Numbered from the stretch's first letter, positions 11,088 to 21,192 are shown. The stretch is 64,000 nt of DNA from Terriglobia bacterium (GCA_963748015.1 CAVVHE010000004.1:1120001-1184000), one strand, 5' to 3'. Notes: generated by a model not told the origin, from the letters alone. Program-made: numbers and translations.

Positions 11088-12377
11088 TCATGCCCGCCCG
11101 CCGTCCTCCCTCGCGTCGCGCTCGACGAGCAGCCGGCCGCCGTGCGCCAGCACCCACCCGCGAGCCCCCCCGCCGAGGCTCCCGCGCGCCGCGCGGAACG
11201 CCTCCTCGAGATCCCCCGCGGGCTCCGCCCCGAGCAGGCGCACCGTTTCCGCCGGCAGGCCGGAGACCAGGATCAGGCGGCAGGCTCTCGCCTTTCGGAA
11301 CCAGGAGAGAGCGGTCTGCCCGTACACGCGGAAATCGCGCCGGAGGGAGCGTACCATCGCCTCCTCGCCCTCCTCGTGGAACGCGGGAAGGAAATCGGGG
11401 TGCCCCGCTCCCTCGCGGCAGCGAGCGACGAGGACGAACACGCCGCCCGGCTCGAGCGCACCGATCGCCGCCTCGAACGCCTTGTGCGCCTGAATGAGGT
11501 TGATGTCCCCCGGCTCGCCCCCCGCCGACGCCACCACGAGGGGCCGCGGCCGGACCCTCACGCTGCGGGCCGCGCGCACGTGACGGCAGGCGGCTTCGTG
11601 GGCCTTCCGCCAGTGGCCGACCCACAGACGCTCGATGGCGCCGCTCTCCGTCATCACCGAGTTGACCAGGAGATGGGGCGCGACGAGCGCCGCCCCCTCG
11701 ACCATGTCCCGGTGCACCGGATTGCCGTCGAGCCGCCCCGCGCGCGCCAGCGGGTGGCGCGTGCCGTCCGCGCGAAGCGCTCGAAGGTGATTCGCGGTCA
11801 CCGTGGCCCGGGAGGCGAGGCCGGGAACCAGCGCCTTCCTCCCTCCGGAGAAGCCGGCGTAGTAGTGGAAGCCCACGGCGCCGGTGAGCACGATCCGGTC
11901 GTGATCGCGGAGGCAGGAGTGGACCGCGACCGGGGTCCCGGCCCGCGTCCGCCCGAGCTCGCGGAGCCGGCCGCGGTCGTCGGGGTCGTGCAGCAGGACC
12001 TCGTGGCGCGCCGCCAGGCGGGGCCCCAGGATCGCCTCCACGTCGTCGGAACCGGGCCGGCGGTGGATGCCGCTCGCTACGGCGAAACCGACGTCGGCCC
12101 GCGAGGCCGCCTCGATCTCCTCGACCAGGTGCGGAAGGAAATCGCGAGCGCCGGTCGACCGCGTCGCGTCGGAGACCACCACCAGCACGCGGCGCGCGCC
12201 GCGGAAGATCTCGGCGAGCGGCCGGGAGGCGAGCGGCCGGGCCAGCGCCTCCCGGATCTTCTCCTCTCCGAGGGGGGCCGAGGGAGCGCGCGGCGCCGTT
12301 ACCGGATCGAGGCGGAACGGCGCTCCGGGAAGGTCCAGTTCCTCCGTGCCGAAAGGCAGGCGCGAGGGAAGCGTCAC
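11088..12377 (-). CDS. Nickel-pincer-dependent lactate racemase (LarA) family protein
   Basis: SDATRS, ASGIHR, HDP, FHYYAGFSGGRK, ANH and NLIQAHK match LarA-family motifs. GTG start overlaps the coaD stop (GTGA). Confidence 0.85.
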   Translation of the reverse strand: MTLPSRLPFGTEELDLPGAPFRLDPVTAPRAPSAPLGEEKIREALARPLASRPLAEIFRGARRVLVVVSDATRSTGARDFLPHLVEEIEAASRADVGFAVASGIHRRPGSDDVEAILGPRLAARHEVLLHDPDDRGRLRELGRTRAGTPVAVHSCLRDHDRIVLTGAVGFHYYAGFSGGRKALVPGLASRATVTANHLRALRADGTRHPLARAGRLDGNPVHRDMVEGAALVAPHLLVNSVMTESGAIERLWVGHWRKAHEAACRHVRAARSVRVRPRPLVVASAGGEPGDINLIQAHKAFEAAIGALEPGGVFVLVARCREGAGHPDFLPAFHEEGEEAMVRSLRRDFRVYGQTALSWFRKARACRLILVSGLPAETVRLLGAEPAGDLEEAFRAARGSLGGGARGWVLAHGGRLLVERDAREDGGRA

Positions 12378-12862
12378 TGCGGCCCAGGGTGGCGCTGCGC
12401 GAGCGCCAGGGCCACGCTCGCGGGCACGAGCCCGTCGAGCTTTCCGCCCAGCCGCGCCACCTCCCGGACCAGCCGCGAGGAGAGGTAGGAGTAGGCCTCG
12501 CTGGGCATGAGGAATACCGTCTCGACCTCGGGCGCCAACCGCCGGTTCATCATCGCCATCTGCATCTCGTACTCGAAGTCGGAAACCGCGCGGAGACCGC
12601 GGAGGATCACCGAGGCCCCGACCCTTCGGGCGTAATCCACCAGCAAGCCGTCGAAGGTGTCCACCTCGACGTCGGGCCACTGCGACGTGGCGTCGCGAAG
12701 GAAGGCGATGCGCTCCTCGAGCGAGAACATCGGCTGCTTCTCCTCGTTGCTCAGGATGGCCATGACGAGACGGTCGAACCGCCTCCGGCCCCGGTCGACG
12801 AGATCGAGGTGGCCGTACGTGACCGGATCGAACGTGCCGGGGTAGACCGCGATTCTCTTCAC
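12374..12862 (-). CDS. coaD: Phosphopantetheine adenylyltransferase
   Basis: YPGTFDPVTYGHLD, RGLRAVSDFEYE, SSRLVRE. GTG start at 12862. Confidence 0.97.
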   Translation of the reverse strand: MKRIAVYPGTFDPVTYGHLDLVDRGRRRFDRLVMAILSNEEKQPMFSLEERIAFLRDATSQWPDVEVDTFDGLLVDYARRVGASVILRGLRAVSDFEYEMQMAMMNRRLAPEVETVFLMPSEAYSYLSSRLVREVARLGGKLDGLVPASVALALAQRHPGPQ

Positions 12863-14589
12863 GCCTTCCTCCTCGGAGCTCGCCCCCGCCCGCCGGCGGC
12901 CGCTTCCAGGAGGGCGGCGGCATTGCGGCGCGAGGCGGCGGTGACCTCCCGTCCCCCGAGCATCCTCGCCAGCTCGTCGATCCGCTCGCCGCTGCCCAGC
13001 CGGGCCGCCTCCGCGTGGGTGCGTCCCGCGGCAACGCGCTTCAGGACATGGTAATGACGATCGGCGTGCGCGGCTACCTGGGGCAGGTGCGTCACGCAAA
13101 GCACCTGGTTCCGCTCGCCGAGCCGAGCGAGCCGCGCCCCGACCGCGTCGGCGACCGCTCCCGCCACGCCGGCGTCCACCTCGTCGAACACCAGTACGCG
13201 CCCCTCCGCCGCCCCCTCGAGCACGAGGTGGAGCGCGAGCATCACTCTCGACAGCTCGCCGCCCGACGCGACCTTCGCCAGGGGGCGCTCGTCCTCTCCG
13301 GGATTCGCCGCGAGGAGGAACTCCGCCCGCTCGGCGCCGCGCCGGCTCAGAGCGACGCCCCTTCCGTCTCCCCCGCCGACCGCCGGACCGCGCGCCTCCG
13401 AGAAGCGCACCGACAGGGTGGCGCGTCCCAGCACGAGATGTCGCAGCTGCGCCTCGACCGCGGAGCGGAGCCGCTCCGCCGCGGACGCGCGAGCGCGGCC
13501 GAGCCGGCCGGCGGCGTCGACGTAGCGCCTCTCCTCCTCCGCCGCCGTCTCCGCCGCCGTCCGGATCTCGCCGTCGAGGTTCCTCAAGGTCGCGAGCTCT
13601 CGAGCGCATCGCTCCCGATGGGAGAGGATCGCGTCCTCGTCGGCTCCGTATCTCAGCCTCAGCCGCTCCAGGAGCGCGCGGCGGGCCTCGACCGCCTCGA
13701 GGCGGGCGGGGTCGAAATCGGCCCGCTCCCGATAGTCCCGCAGCGATGCGCCCGCGTCCTGCAGCTCGAGCCTCGCCGACTCGATGCGCGACGCGGTCTC
13801 GTCGAGGGTAGGATCCACCGACGCCGCCTCCGACGCCCGGCGCGCCGCCGCCGAGGCCAGCGAGGCTGCGGAAGGCTCTCCCTCGTAGAGCAGCTCCACG
13901 AGCTCGTCGAGGAGCCGGGCCATCGTGCCGGCGTGCTGCAGGACGCGCCGCTCCCGGTCGAGCCGCTCCGACTCCCCCGGCTCCGGCGCGGCCTCGTCGA
14001 TCTCCCTCACCTGGCGATCGAGCTCGCCGGCGCGCGACCGGGATTCGGCCGACATCGCCTCGAGGGAGGCAAGCCGCTCGCGGGACGCGAGGACGGCGCC
14101 GTGCGCCTCCTCGACACCGCGAGCCTCCGCGTCGTGGCCGCCGAACTCGTCCAGGAGAGAGAGGTGGCGGTCGGGCTCGAGAAGGTCCTGGTGCTCGTGC
14201 TGGCCGTGCAGCTCCACGAGCCGGTCGCCGATCTCGCGGAGCGCTCCGAGCGTCGCCGGAGAGCCGTTCAGGAAGACCCTGCCGCCCGAGGCGGCGACCT
14301 CCCGGCGCACGACCAGCTCGTCTCCCGCGTCGTCGAGGCCGCGATCGACGAGGAGCGAGCGGACGCGGGACGACGGCTCGAGGGCGAAGACCGCCTCCAC
14401 GACGGCCCGCTCCGCCCCGGTGCGCACCCGCGTGGTGTCGCCGCGGTCCCCGGCGGCGAGTCCGAGGGCGTCCACGATGATCGACTTCCCCGCCCCGGTC
14501 TCTCCCGTGAGGACGTTGAAGCCGGGGCCGAACTCGACCGTGAGGTCCTCGATGATGGCGACGTTTCGTATGCGGAGGGTCTTGAGCAT
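12859..14589 (-). CDS. recN: DNA repair protein RecN
   Basis: MLKTLRIRN, LTGETGAGKS, HGQHEHQ, VASGGELSR, FDEVDAG, CVTHLPQVAA. Confidence 0.97.
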   Translation of the reverse strand: MLKTLRIRNVAIIEDLTVEFGPGFNVLTGETGAGKSIIVDALGLAAGDRGDTTRVRTGAERAVVEAVFALEPSSRVRSLLVDRGLDDAGDELVVRREVAASGGRVFLNGSPATLGALREIGDRLVELHGQHEHQDLLEPDRHLSLLDEFGGHDAEARGVEEAHGAVLASRERLASLEAMSAESRSRAGELDRQVREIDEAAPEPGESERLDRERRVLQHAGTMARLLDELVELLYEGEPSAASLASAAARRASEAASVDPTLDETASRIESARLELQDAGASLRDYRERADFDPARLEAVEARRALLERLRLRYGADEDAILSHRERCARELATLRNLDGEIRTAAETAAEEERRYVDAAGRLGRARASAAERLRSAVEAQLRHLVLGRATLSVRFSEARGPAVGGGDGRGVALSRRGAERAEFLLAANPGEDERPLAKVASGGELSRVMLALHLVLEGAAEGRVLVFDEVDAGVAGAVADAVGARLARLGERNQVLCVTHLPQVAAHADRHYHVLKRVAAGRTHAEAARLGSGERIDELARMLGGREVTAASRRNAAALLEAAAGGRGRAPRRKA

Positions 14590-14785
14590 CTCGGCTCGGA
14601 GAACCCGCGCACCGGAGGCGACTCGGCGCGGAGGCGAGATGCTAACACAGCGGGGAGAAACCCGTCGAGGGGTTCGCGGGGGGCGACTCCGCCCCGTTCC
14701 GCGTCTTGCCGCCCCCACCCCCGTCGGATAGCATTGCGGCCGGCGAGCGGCGCGCGAGCTTCGGGCCCGATCGCCGCGCGGGAGG

Positions 14786-15478
14786 ATGCTCATGCTGATG
14801 GTTCCCGCCGCGACGGCCGGCGAGGTGGAGATCTGGGCGCTGGTCCGCGACTCCGGCGCCATGGGGAGGTTCGTCCTCCTGGTGCTGGCGGTCTTCTCCG
14901 TCGTTTCCTGGGGGATCATCGCCGAGCGGTTCCGGACCTTCCGGCGGGCGGAGAAGGACACCGAGACGTTCCTCGAGCAGTTCAGGAAGGGAGGCGGGCT
15001 CGCGGCGATCCGCGATGCGACGACGACGCTGCGCGAGAGCCCCCTCGCCGAGGTCTTCCGCGCCGGCTTCAGGGAGATCAGCCTCAATCCTCCACCCGGG
15101 GGCGCGCCGGTCGGCGACGAGCTCGAGGCGCTCGACCGCATCCTGCGCAAGAGCGCGCTGGTGCAGACCGCCCGTCTCGAGCGCAGCCTCGGCTTTCTCG
15201 CCACCACCGCCAGCGCGACCCCGTTCGTCGGCCTCTTCGGGACCGTCTGGGGGATCATGAAGGCCTTCCACGGGATCGGCACGGCGGGCGCCGCTTCCCT
15301 CGTGGCCTACGCTCCGGGCATCACCGAGGCCCTGGTCACGACCGCCGCCGGCCTCGCCGCGGCGATTCCCGCGGTGATCGCCTACAACCACTTCCTGGGG
15401 CGGCTGCGGAGCATGGACGCGAAAACCGACGAGTTCATCGCGGACTTCATCCATCGCGTGCAGGGCCGGAGGGCCTGA
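14786..15478 (+). CDS. tolQ: TolQ (MotA/TolQ/ExbB family)
   Basis: ATPFVGLFGTVWGIM, APGITEALVTTAAGL, AIPAVIAYN. First gene of the tol-pal cluster. Confidence 0.92.
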   Translation: MLMLMVPAATAGEVEIWALVRDSGAMGRFVLLVLAVFSVVSWGIIAERFRTFRRAEKDTETFLEQFRKGGGLAAIRDATTTLRESPLAEVFRAGFREISLNPPPGGAPVGDELEALDRILRKSALVQTARLERSLGFLATTASATPFVGLFGTVWGIMKAFHGIGTAGAASLVAYAPGITEALVTTAAGLAAAIPAVIAYNHFLGRLRSMDAKTDEFIADFIHRVQGRRA

Positions 15479-15922
15479 TTGGGAGCCTCGGTGTCGAGCG
15501 GCGGCGGCAGGGGGGGAGGCCGGAGGACCCTCGCCGAGATCAACGTCACCCCCCTCGTGGACGTGATGCTCGTGCTGCTGATCATCTCGATGGTGGCCTC
15601 GCCGATGCTCGAGCGGGGGATCAAGCTCGACCTGCCGGCGACGGAGACCGCGGTGGAGATGGACGAGGCCCGCGTCGTCGTGTCGCTCGACCGCGACGGC
15701 AGGATCCGCATCAACGACCGCCCGGTCCACCCCGACCTGCTCGGCCAGCAGATGAAGGCGCTCGCGACGACGCGCCCGCAGGAGACCGTATTCCTGCGCG
15801 CGGACAAGCTCCTCCCGTACGGCGAGGTCCTGCTCGTCATGGACCGTATCCGAAAGGCCGGGGTCACGCGCGTGGCGCTGGTCACCGTTCCGATCGAGAG
15901 CCCCGGGGAGAGGCGGCCTTGA
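15479..15922 (+). CDS. tolR: TolR (ExbD/TolR family)
   Basis: EINVTPLVDVMLVLLII, LRADK..PYG.V..VMD. Confidence 0.92.
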   Translation: MGASVSSGGGRGGGRRTLAEINVTPLVDVMLVLLIISMVASPMLERGIKLDLPATETAVEMDEARVVVSLDRDGRIRINDRPVHPDLLGQQMKALATTRPQETVFLRADKLLPYGEVLLVMDRIRKAGVTRVALVTVPIESPGERRP

Positions 15923-16698
15923 CGCGGCGCCGGATCTCGCTCGTGATTCGCTTCGGGGGGCGAGGCAGCGCGTTCTCCCCTTTCATGGTCGGCTCGCTGA
16001 TGGTGCACCTCTTCGCGACCGCGGCCCTCGCGATCCTCCCCGCGCTCCACCCCCGGCCCGCGCCGATCGGCGACGCCTGGGTGGTCGGACTCGCCTCGGC
16101 GCTCCCGGCGGCCGCGGCGCCGGCGGGAGGAGGGGCCTCCGTGCAGCCCTCCTCGCCGGCGCCGGCTCCCGAGCCGGCGCCCGGCGTGCGCCTCGACGCG
16201 CCCAAGCCGAAGGAGAAGGCAAAGGAGACGAAGAAGAAGAAGGACCCGCCCGACGCGAAGCCTGTCGGACCTCTCCCTCCCGCGGGCCCGGCGCAGCGGA
16301 CGGGTCCCGTCCTGCCGGGCGGGGCCGTGGGGACACAGGGTGCGGCCGGTCCGGGAATCGGCGCGGCCGGCGGCACCGGTGTCTTCTCGATGGATCTCGC
16401 CGATGCGCAGCTCGCCTGGTATCGCGCGACCGTCGTCGCCTCCCTCCAGAGCCGCTGGATCCGTCCGGTCCTCGACGGGGTGAGCTCCACCCTCTCGGTG
16501 ACGGTCACGTTCGACGTGGACCGCGACGGGAGCATTCGCAACGTCCGGGTGGAGACCTCGAGCGGGGTCCCCTCGCTCGACCGTTCCGCGCTGCGGGCGG
16601 TCGAGGAAGCCTCGCCGCTCCCCCCGGTGCCTCCCGGCGGAGGACAGCCACCGTTCGCCGCACGCTTCGAATTCCGCTGGAGCCCCGGGAACCCCTGA
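15919..16698 (+). CDS. TolA/TonB-family energy transducer
   Basis: TM helix with S-x3-H (SLMVH), Pro/Lys-rich linker, TonB_C-like SSGVPSLDRSALRAV..ASPLPPVP. Lies between tolR and tolB; start uncertain. Confidence 0.85.
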   Translation: MTRRRISLVIRFGGRGSAFSPFMVGSLMVHLFATAALAILPALHPRPAPIGDAWVVGLASALPAAAAPAGGGASVQPSSPAPAPEPAPGVRLDAPKPKEKAKETKKKKDPPDAKPVGPLPPAGPAQRTGPVLPGGAVGTQGAAGPGIGAAGGTGVFSMDLADAQLAWYRATVVASLQSRWIRPVLDGVSSTLSVTVTFDVDRDGSIRNVRVETSSGVPSLDRSALRAVEEASPLPPVPPGGGQPPFAARFEFRWSPGNP

Positions 16699-16722
16699 GC
16701 TCCCGGCGCCCGAGGATCCGAG

Positions 16723-18051
16723 ATGCCTGAATCGACCCCGCGTTTCGACTCGCCCCGGCACCTGCGAACCGGCCTGGCCGCGCTGGCCGCCGTTCTCCTG
16801 GCCGTCTCGGCCCGGGGACAGCAGCCGCAGCAGCCACGGATCACGGGAGTGGTCACCGGCGAGGGGTTCACCCCGATCCGCATCGCTCTACCCGCCGCCG
16901 AGGCGGCGCCTTCCGCCGCGGGACCGGCCCAGGAGATCGTGGACACCCTGCGCGACGACCTCCGCTTCGCCGGCTTCTTCGACGTCGTGGACCCCTCGCT
17001 GTACCGGCTCGTCCCGGCGCCCAAGGCGGACGCGGCGATCCCCTACGACGACTGGCGCTCGATCGGCGCGGACACGCTCCTGGCGAGCAGGATCTCCCTC
17101 TCCGGCGGCCGCGTCGACCTCGAAGCCCGGCTTTACGACAACGCCGGCAAGGCGCTGGTGTTCGCCCGCCGTTACGGCGGCGGCACGGACCTTGCGCGCC
17201 GCATCGCGCACCAGATCGCCGACGATCTCGTCCGCCACTTCACGGGGCGGCCGGGCGTCGCGCTGTCGCGCATCGCCTTCTGCTCGAAGCACGGCGACGG
17301 CAAGGAAATTTACTTGATGGACTATGACGGGCGGAGGCTGAGAAGGCTCACGACCTCCTCGACCCTCAACCTGTCTCCCGCGTGGTCCCCCGACGGAGAG
17401 CGCATGGCGTTCGTGTCGTGGAGGAGCGGCCGCCCCGCGATCTACGCGATGGACAGCGACGGCAAGACGACGCGGGTCGCGACCGCCGGGGGCGACCTGA
17501 ACTCGGCCCCGGCGTGGTCGCCGGACGGCCGCAAGCTCGTGTACAACTCCGACGCCGACGGGAACTCGGAGCTGTACGTCGTGGAGCTCGGCACGGGCCG
17601 CAACACGCGCCTCACCCACACGGCCGGCATCGAGACGTCGCCGTCGTTTTCCCCCAACGGGCGCGAGATCGCCTTCACCTCGGACCGCTCCGGCGGCCCG
17701 CAGATCTACATCATGGACGCGGAAGGGCTGAACACGCGCCGCGTGTCGCTCGAGGGCGATTTCAACGACTCCGCCTCCTGGTCGCCGCAGGGAGACCGGC
17801 TCGCGTTCGTCTCCCGCCGCGAGGGACGCTTCGACGTCGTCGTGCTGAATCTGGTGACCGGCGCCCTGACCCGGCTGACGCGCGGCGAGGGGAGCAACGA
17901 GGACCCCCGGTGGGCGCCCGACGGCCGCCATCTCGTGTTCGCTTCGAACCGCTCGGGATCGTGGCAGATCTACACCATGGCCGCGGACGGGAGCGACGTG
18001 CGCCAGCTGACCCGCGGCATCGATTCCTACACCCCGGATTGGTCCCGTTGA
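16723..18051 (+). CDS. tolB: Tol-Pal beta-propeller protein TolB
   Basis: TolB_N region (AHQIADD) plus repeated PAWSPDG/PD40 blades. Confidence 0.95.
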   Translation: MPESTPRFDSPRHLRTGLAALAAVLLAVSARGQQPQQPRITGVVTGEGFTPIRIALPAAEAAPSAAGPAQEIVDTLRDDLRFAGFFDVVDPSLYRLVPAPKADAAIPYDDWRSIGADTLLASRISLSGGRVDLEARLYDNAGKALVFARRYGGGTDLARRIAHQIADDLVRHFTGRPGVALSRIAFCSKHGDGKEIYLMDYDGRRLRRLTTSSTLNLSPAWSPDGERMAFVSWRSGRPAIYAMDSDGKTTRVATAGGDLNSAPAWSPDGRKLVYNSDADGNSELYVVELGTGRNTRLTHTAGIETSPSFSPNGREIAFTSDRSGGPQIYIMDAEGLNTRRVSLEGDFNDSASWSPQGDRLAFVSRREGRFDVVVLNLVTGALTRLTRGEGSNEDPRWAPDGRHLVFASNRSGSWQIYTMAADGSDVRQLTRGIDSYTPDWSR

Positions 18052-18181
18052 CGGACCGGCGCCCGGGAGCCCGTCCGGATCTTCCCGAAGGCCGCGGCCT
18101 GTGGGCGATTTCTTGCACCTGTCCGAGGTGTTCTGTTAACCTCGAAAGGTCCGTGTTCCTCTCGTGCTAAGGAGAAACGTC

Positions 18182-18757
18182 ATGCGCTCCCGTCTCGCTC
18201 TCGTTCTCGCCCTTCTGGTCCTCGTCCCCCTCCTCTCCGCGGGAAGTTGCAAGAAGACGAAGCCGGTCTCCCCGGCGGACACCGCCGCGACGGAGTCGAA
18301 GTCCGTGCCGGCGCAGCCGCCCGCCACGGAGATGAAGAAGGAGGTCACCGAGAGCTTCCCGACGCAGCCCGTCTCCTCGGCCCCCATCTCGACGGAGCCG
18401 ACGGTGGACGAGCTGAACCGGAAGAAGGTCCTCCAGACCGTCTACTTCGACTACGACAAGTCGGACCTGTCCGACTCGACGCGCGCGGCCCTCCAGTCCA
18501 ATGCGGAGTGGCTCAAGGCCAACCCGGGGCGCACCGTGCTCGTCGAGGGGCACTGCGACGAGCGCGGGACGGTGGAATACAACCTGGCGCTCGGACAGCG
18601 GCGGGCCGCGTCGGTGAAGGACTACCTCGGCGGGCTCGGCATAGACGCGTCGCGCCTCAAGACCGTCTCCTACGGCAAGGAGCGGCCCGTCGATTCCGGT
18701 CACGACGAGACCGCGCACGGCAGGAACCGCCGCGCGGAGTTCGTCATCGAGTCCTGA
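18182..18757 (+). CDS. pal: Peptidoglycan-associated lipoprotein Pal
   Basis: Lipobox (AGSC), VYFDYDKS, EGHCDERGTVEYNLALGQRRA, SYGKERP, NRRAEF. Confidence 0.97.
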   Translation: MRSRLALVLALLVLVPLLSAGSCKKTKPVSPADTAATESKSVPAQPPATEMKKEVTESFPTQPVSSAPISTEPTVDELNRKKVLQTVYFDYDKSDLSDSTRAALQSNAEWLKANPGRTVLVEGHCDERGTVEYNLALGQRRAASVKDYLGGLGIDASRLKTVSYGKERPVDSGHDETAHGRNRRAEFVIES

Positions 18758-18799
18758 CGCCGCGGGGGTTGCCTCCGCGGGGCTTTCGAGGAGAACGCG

Positions 18800-19645
18800 A
18801 TGCGCGGACCGATTCGAGACGTATTACGCGTCGCTCCTGCGATCGTCGCGGTCCTCGCGTCGGCCGCCTGCGTGATGCCGGACCAGGTCTCCCGGCTCGA
18901 GAAGGACATGGCCGACGTGCGCCAGGACCTGCAGAAGATACAGAAGGAGCAGACCGAGAGCCGGGAGCGTCTCTCCGGCCTCGAGAGCAAGCTCTCCGGC
19001 CAGGATCCCGTGAAGCGGACGGAATTCGCCGACCTCAAGGCGCGGTTCGACGAGGTCGCGCGGCAGCAGACCGCCCTCGACGAGCGGATCAAGGATACCA
19101 ACCGCCGCGTGGATCAGGTCTCGTCGGACGTGCAGGCCAACCGCGAGCTGGCCCGGCGCGCCGCGGCCTCGACGCCCGGAACCACGGCTCCGGCCGGAGA
19201 CCCGGCGGCGGCCGCCGCTCTCGCGGCGGCGGGCGCGGCGGCGGCCGGCGAGGCCCTGCCGGACCCCCAGTCGCTCTACAACACGGCCTATTCCGACTTC
19301 TCGAAGGGGAACTTCGTCCTGGCGATTTCCGGCTTCGAGGAGTACGCGTCCCGCTACGCGGAGAGCGACCTCGCGGACAACGCCCTCTACTGGGTGGGCG
19401 AGTGCCTGTTCAGCCAGGGGAAGTTCGCCGACGCGGTCCAGTCGTTCGACAGGATGCTCGAAAAGTACCCCCAGAGCGACCGGGCCGCCGCCGCCAACCT
19501 CAAGAAAGGACTGGCATTCCTGGAGCAGAACAAGATCTCGCAGGCCCTGGTCCAGCTACGCTACGTCGCGACCACGTACCCCTCGAGCGACGAGGCCCGG
19601 ATCGCGCGGGACAAGCTGGCGAGTCTGGGCGCCCCGGCAAGGTAA
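18800..19645 (+). CDS. cpoB: Tol-Pal protein YbgF/CpoB (coiled coil + TPR lipoprotein)
   Basis: Lipobox, coiled coil, ADNALYWVGE TPR. Follows pal. Confidence 0.9.
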   Translation: MRGPIRDVLRVAPAIVAVLASAACVMPDQVSRLEKDMADVRQDLQKIQKEQTESRERLSGLESKLSGQDPVKRTEFADLKARFDEVARQQTALDERIKDTNRRVDQVSSDVQANRELARRAAASTPGTTAPAGDPAAAAALAAAGAAAAGEALPDPQSLYNTAYSDFSKGNFVLAISGFEEYASRYAESDLADNALYWVGECLFSQGKFADAVQSFDRMLEKYPQSDRAAAANLKKGLAFLEQNKISQALVQLRYVATTYPSSDEARIARDKLASLGAPAR

Positions 19646-19658
19646 GTCCCGGCGTCCC

Positions 19659-19687
19659 TTGACGATCCGGCCGGGGTTCTCTAGAAT
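19659..19687 (+). promoter_or_regulatory. Sigma70-type promoter of rpsT
   Basis: TTGACG-17 bp-TAGAAT. Confidence 0.7.
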
Positions 19688-19793
19688 CCGCCTTTGCGTC
19701 GCGTGAAAGCGGGACGGGAGCCCGGTTGGCTCCTGAGGGGGACGTCATCGAGCCCCCGGTTCCGGCGCGGCACGAAGGAGCGATAGACCCCGT

Positions 19794-20057
19794 ATGGCGT
19801 CCCACAAATCCGCCGTCAAGAAGAACCGCCAGGACGAGAAGCGACGCGTCCGGAACCGTCAGCACCTGTCGCGCCTTCGCACGCAGATCAAGAAGTTCCG
19901 CAAGGCCGTGGCCTCGGGCGACGGCAAGGCGGCGAAGGAGCTGCTTCCGGAAACGCTGTCGCTCATCGACCGCACCGCGAAGCTCGGAGTCATCCACGGA
20001 AACGCCGCGTCGAGGACCAAGTCCCGGGCGACCGTGGCGGTCAACAAGCTCGGTTAG
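19794..20057 (+). CDS. rpsT: 30S ribosomal protein S20
   Basis: MASHKSAVKKNRQ...RN...S.LRT.IKK...IDR.AK.GVIH.NAASR.KSR. Confidence 0.97.
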   Translation: MASHKSAVKKNRQDEKRRVRNRQHLSRLRTQIKKFRKAVASGDGKAAKELLPETLSLIDRTAKLGVIHGNAASRTKSRATVAVNKLG

Positions 20058-20512
20058 GCGTCCCGCGGGCCGTCGCGCCAGGCTCCGGCGGGCTTCCCCG
20101 TCGCGGCCGCAGCGATCCCGAGCATCAGCAGGTTCTCCCCCAGCTTCACGGCGCCGACCCTCGTGTGGTCCGCGGTGCCGAAACACCCGCACTCGAAATC
20201 CAGCCCCCGCGCCATCGCCACCGACACCCCGATCGTGAATCCCGCCATCAGGACGGTGACGATCAGGGCCCCGGGGCGCGCGCGAACGCCGAGCACGAGC
20301 GCGAGTGCTGCGACCAGCTCGATCCACGGCAGCGTCATCGCGATCAGGTTCTCGCTCCACGCCGGCACGAGGCGGAAGTTGTGAACCTGCGTCGCGAAAG
20401 CGGCCAGGTCGCCGATCTTGCTGAGGGACGCGACCCCGAAGACGATCCCGATCGCGATCTGGGCGGCGCGGATGGTCCGGCGATCTCCGAGCAGGCGGCG
20501 AAGGGCGTCCAT
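20054..20512 (-). CDS. MauE/DoxX-family redox-associated membrane protein
   Basis: Four TM helices, LPWIEL, RGLDFECGCFG. Start at ATG 20512. Confidence 0.88.
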   Translation of the reverse strand: MDALRRLLGDRRTIRAAQIAIGIVFGVASLSKIGDLAAFATQVHNFRLVPAWSENLIAMTLPWIELVAALALVLGVRARPGALIVTVLMAGFTIGVSVAMARGLDFECGCFGTADHTRVGAVKLGENLLMLGIAAAATGKPAGAWRDGPRDA

Positions 20513-21192
20513 CACCGTTGCCCTCCGCCGGGCTCGGCCCCGCTCGCGATCGGGTACTTCGCGCTCTCCCACTCGGGGTATCCGCCCTCGTAGACCAGGA
20601 CCTTCTTGTGCCCGATTTGCATCAGCGTGCCGGCCATCTGGATGGAGACTTCGCAACCGCCGCCGCCGCAGTAGACGATGATCGGCTTCCCGCGGCTGTC
20701 GAGTTTCTCGAGCCGCTCCGGGTCCGTGATCGACTCGTCGAAGGGCAGGTTGACGGCTCCCGGCACGTGCCCGGCGGCGTAGTCGGGCGCCTCGCGCGCG
20801 TCCACGAACAGGGCGGCCCCGGCGTCGAAGAACTGCTTCGCGGCCGAGAGCCGGATCTGGATCGGCCGCCCCACGTCGGGAATCTCGGGGAGAGCGTCTC
20901 CCGACCCGGCCGAGCCCGTGGCGATGGCGAGCGGGTCGTCGCTCACCTGGACCGGCGCTGAGGGCTGGGACGGAGGCGCCGCGGGCTTGGCGCCCGCCTG
21001 CGCCTCCTCGAGGCTCTGGATCGTCCTGGCCTCCGCGATCCAGGGCAGGCCCCTCGGGGGTCTTCCCGCGCGGCCGAGCGCGTTGAATCCGAGGCCGAGC
21101 GCGAGCCCGACCGCCACGATCACCGCGATGGGGCGCAGGAGCCCGTCAGCGTCCCGCGCCGCGGCTTCCCTTCCCGTCGTGTCCACCGCCAT
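20512..21192 (-). CDS. Membrane-anchored rhodanese-like (sulfurtransferase) domain protein
   Basis: N-terminal TM, FVDARE...YAAGHVPGAVNL, IVYCGGGGCEVS, VYEGGYPEW. Confidence 0.9.
   Translation of the reverse strand: MAVDTTGREAAARDADGLLRPIAVIVAVGLALGLGFNALGRAGRPPRGLPWIAEARTIQSLEEAQAGAKPAAPPSQPSAPVQVSDDPLAIATGSAGSGDALPEIPDVGRPIQIRLSAAKQFFDAGAALFVDAREAPDYAAGHVPGAVNLPFDESITDPERLEKLDSRGKPIIVYCGGGGCEVSIQMAGTLMQIGHKKVLVYEGGYPEWESAKYPIASGAEPGGGQR

Noticed and set aside
11088..13034. Long N-terminal extensions in the ORF track (larA-like, coaD, recN, grpE, archease, cytochrome b, PEPCK)
   Set aside because: They are frame run-ons through neighbouring genes; starts were reassigned using family N-termini, RBSs and stop/start overlaps.
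18102..18117. GG-N10-GC sigma54-like motif upstream of pal
   Set aside because: Poor -24 match (TGGGCGA); better explained as a sigma70 -35 TTGCAC with a downstream extended -10.
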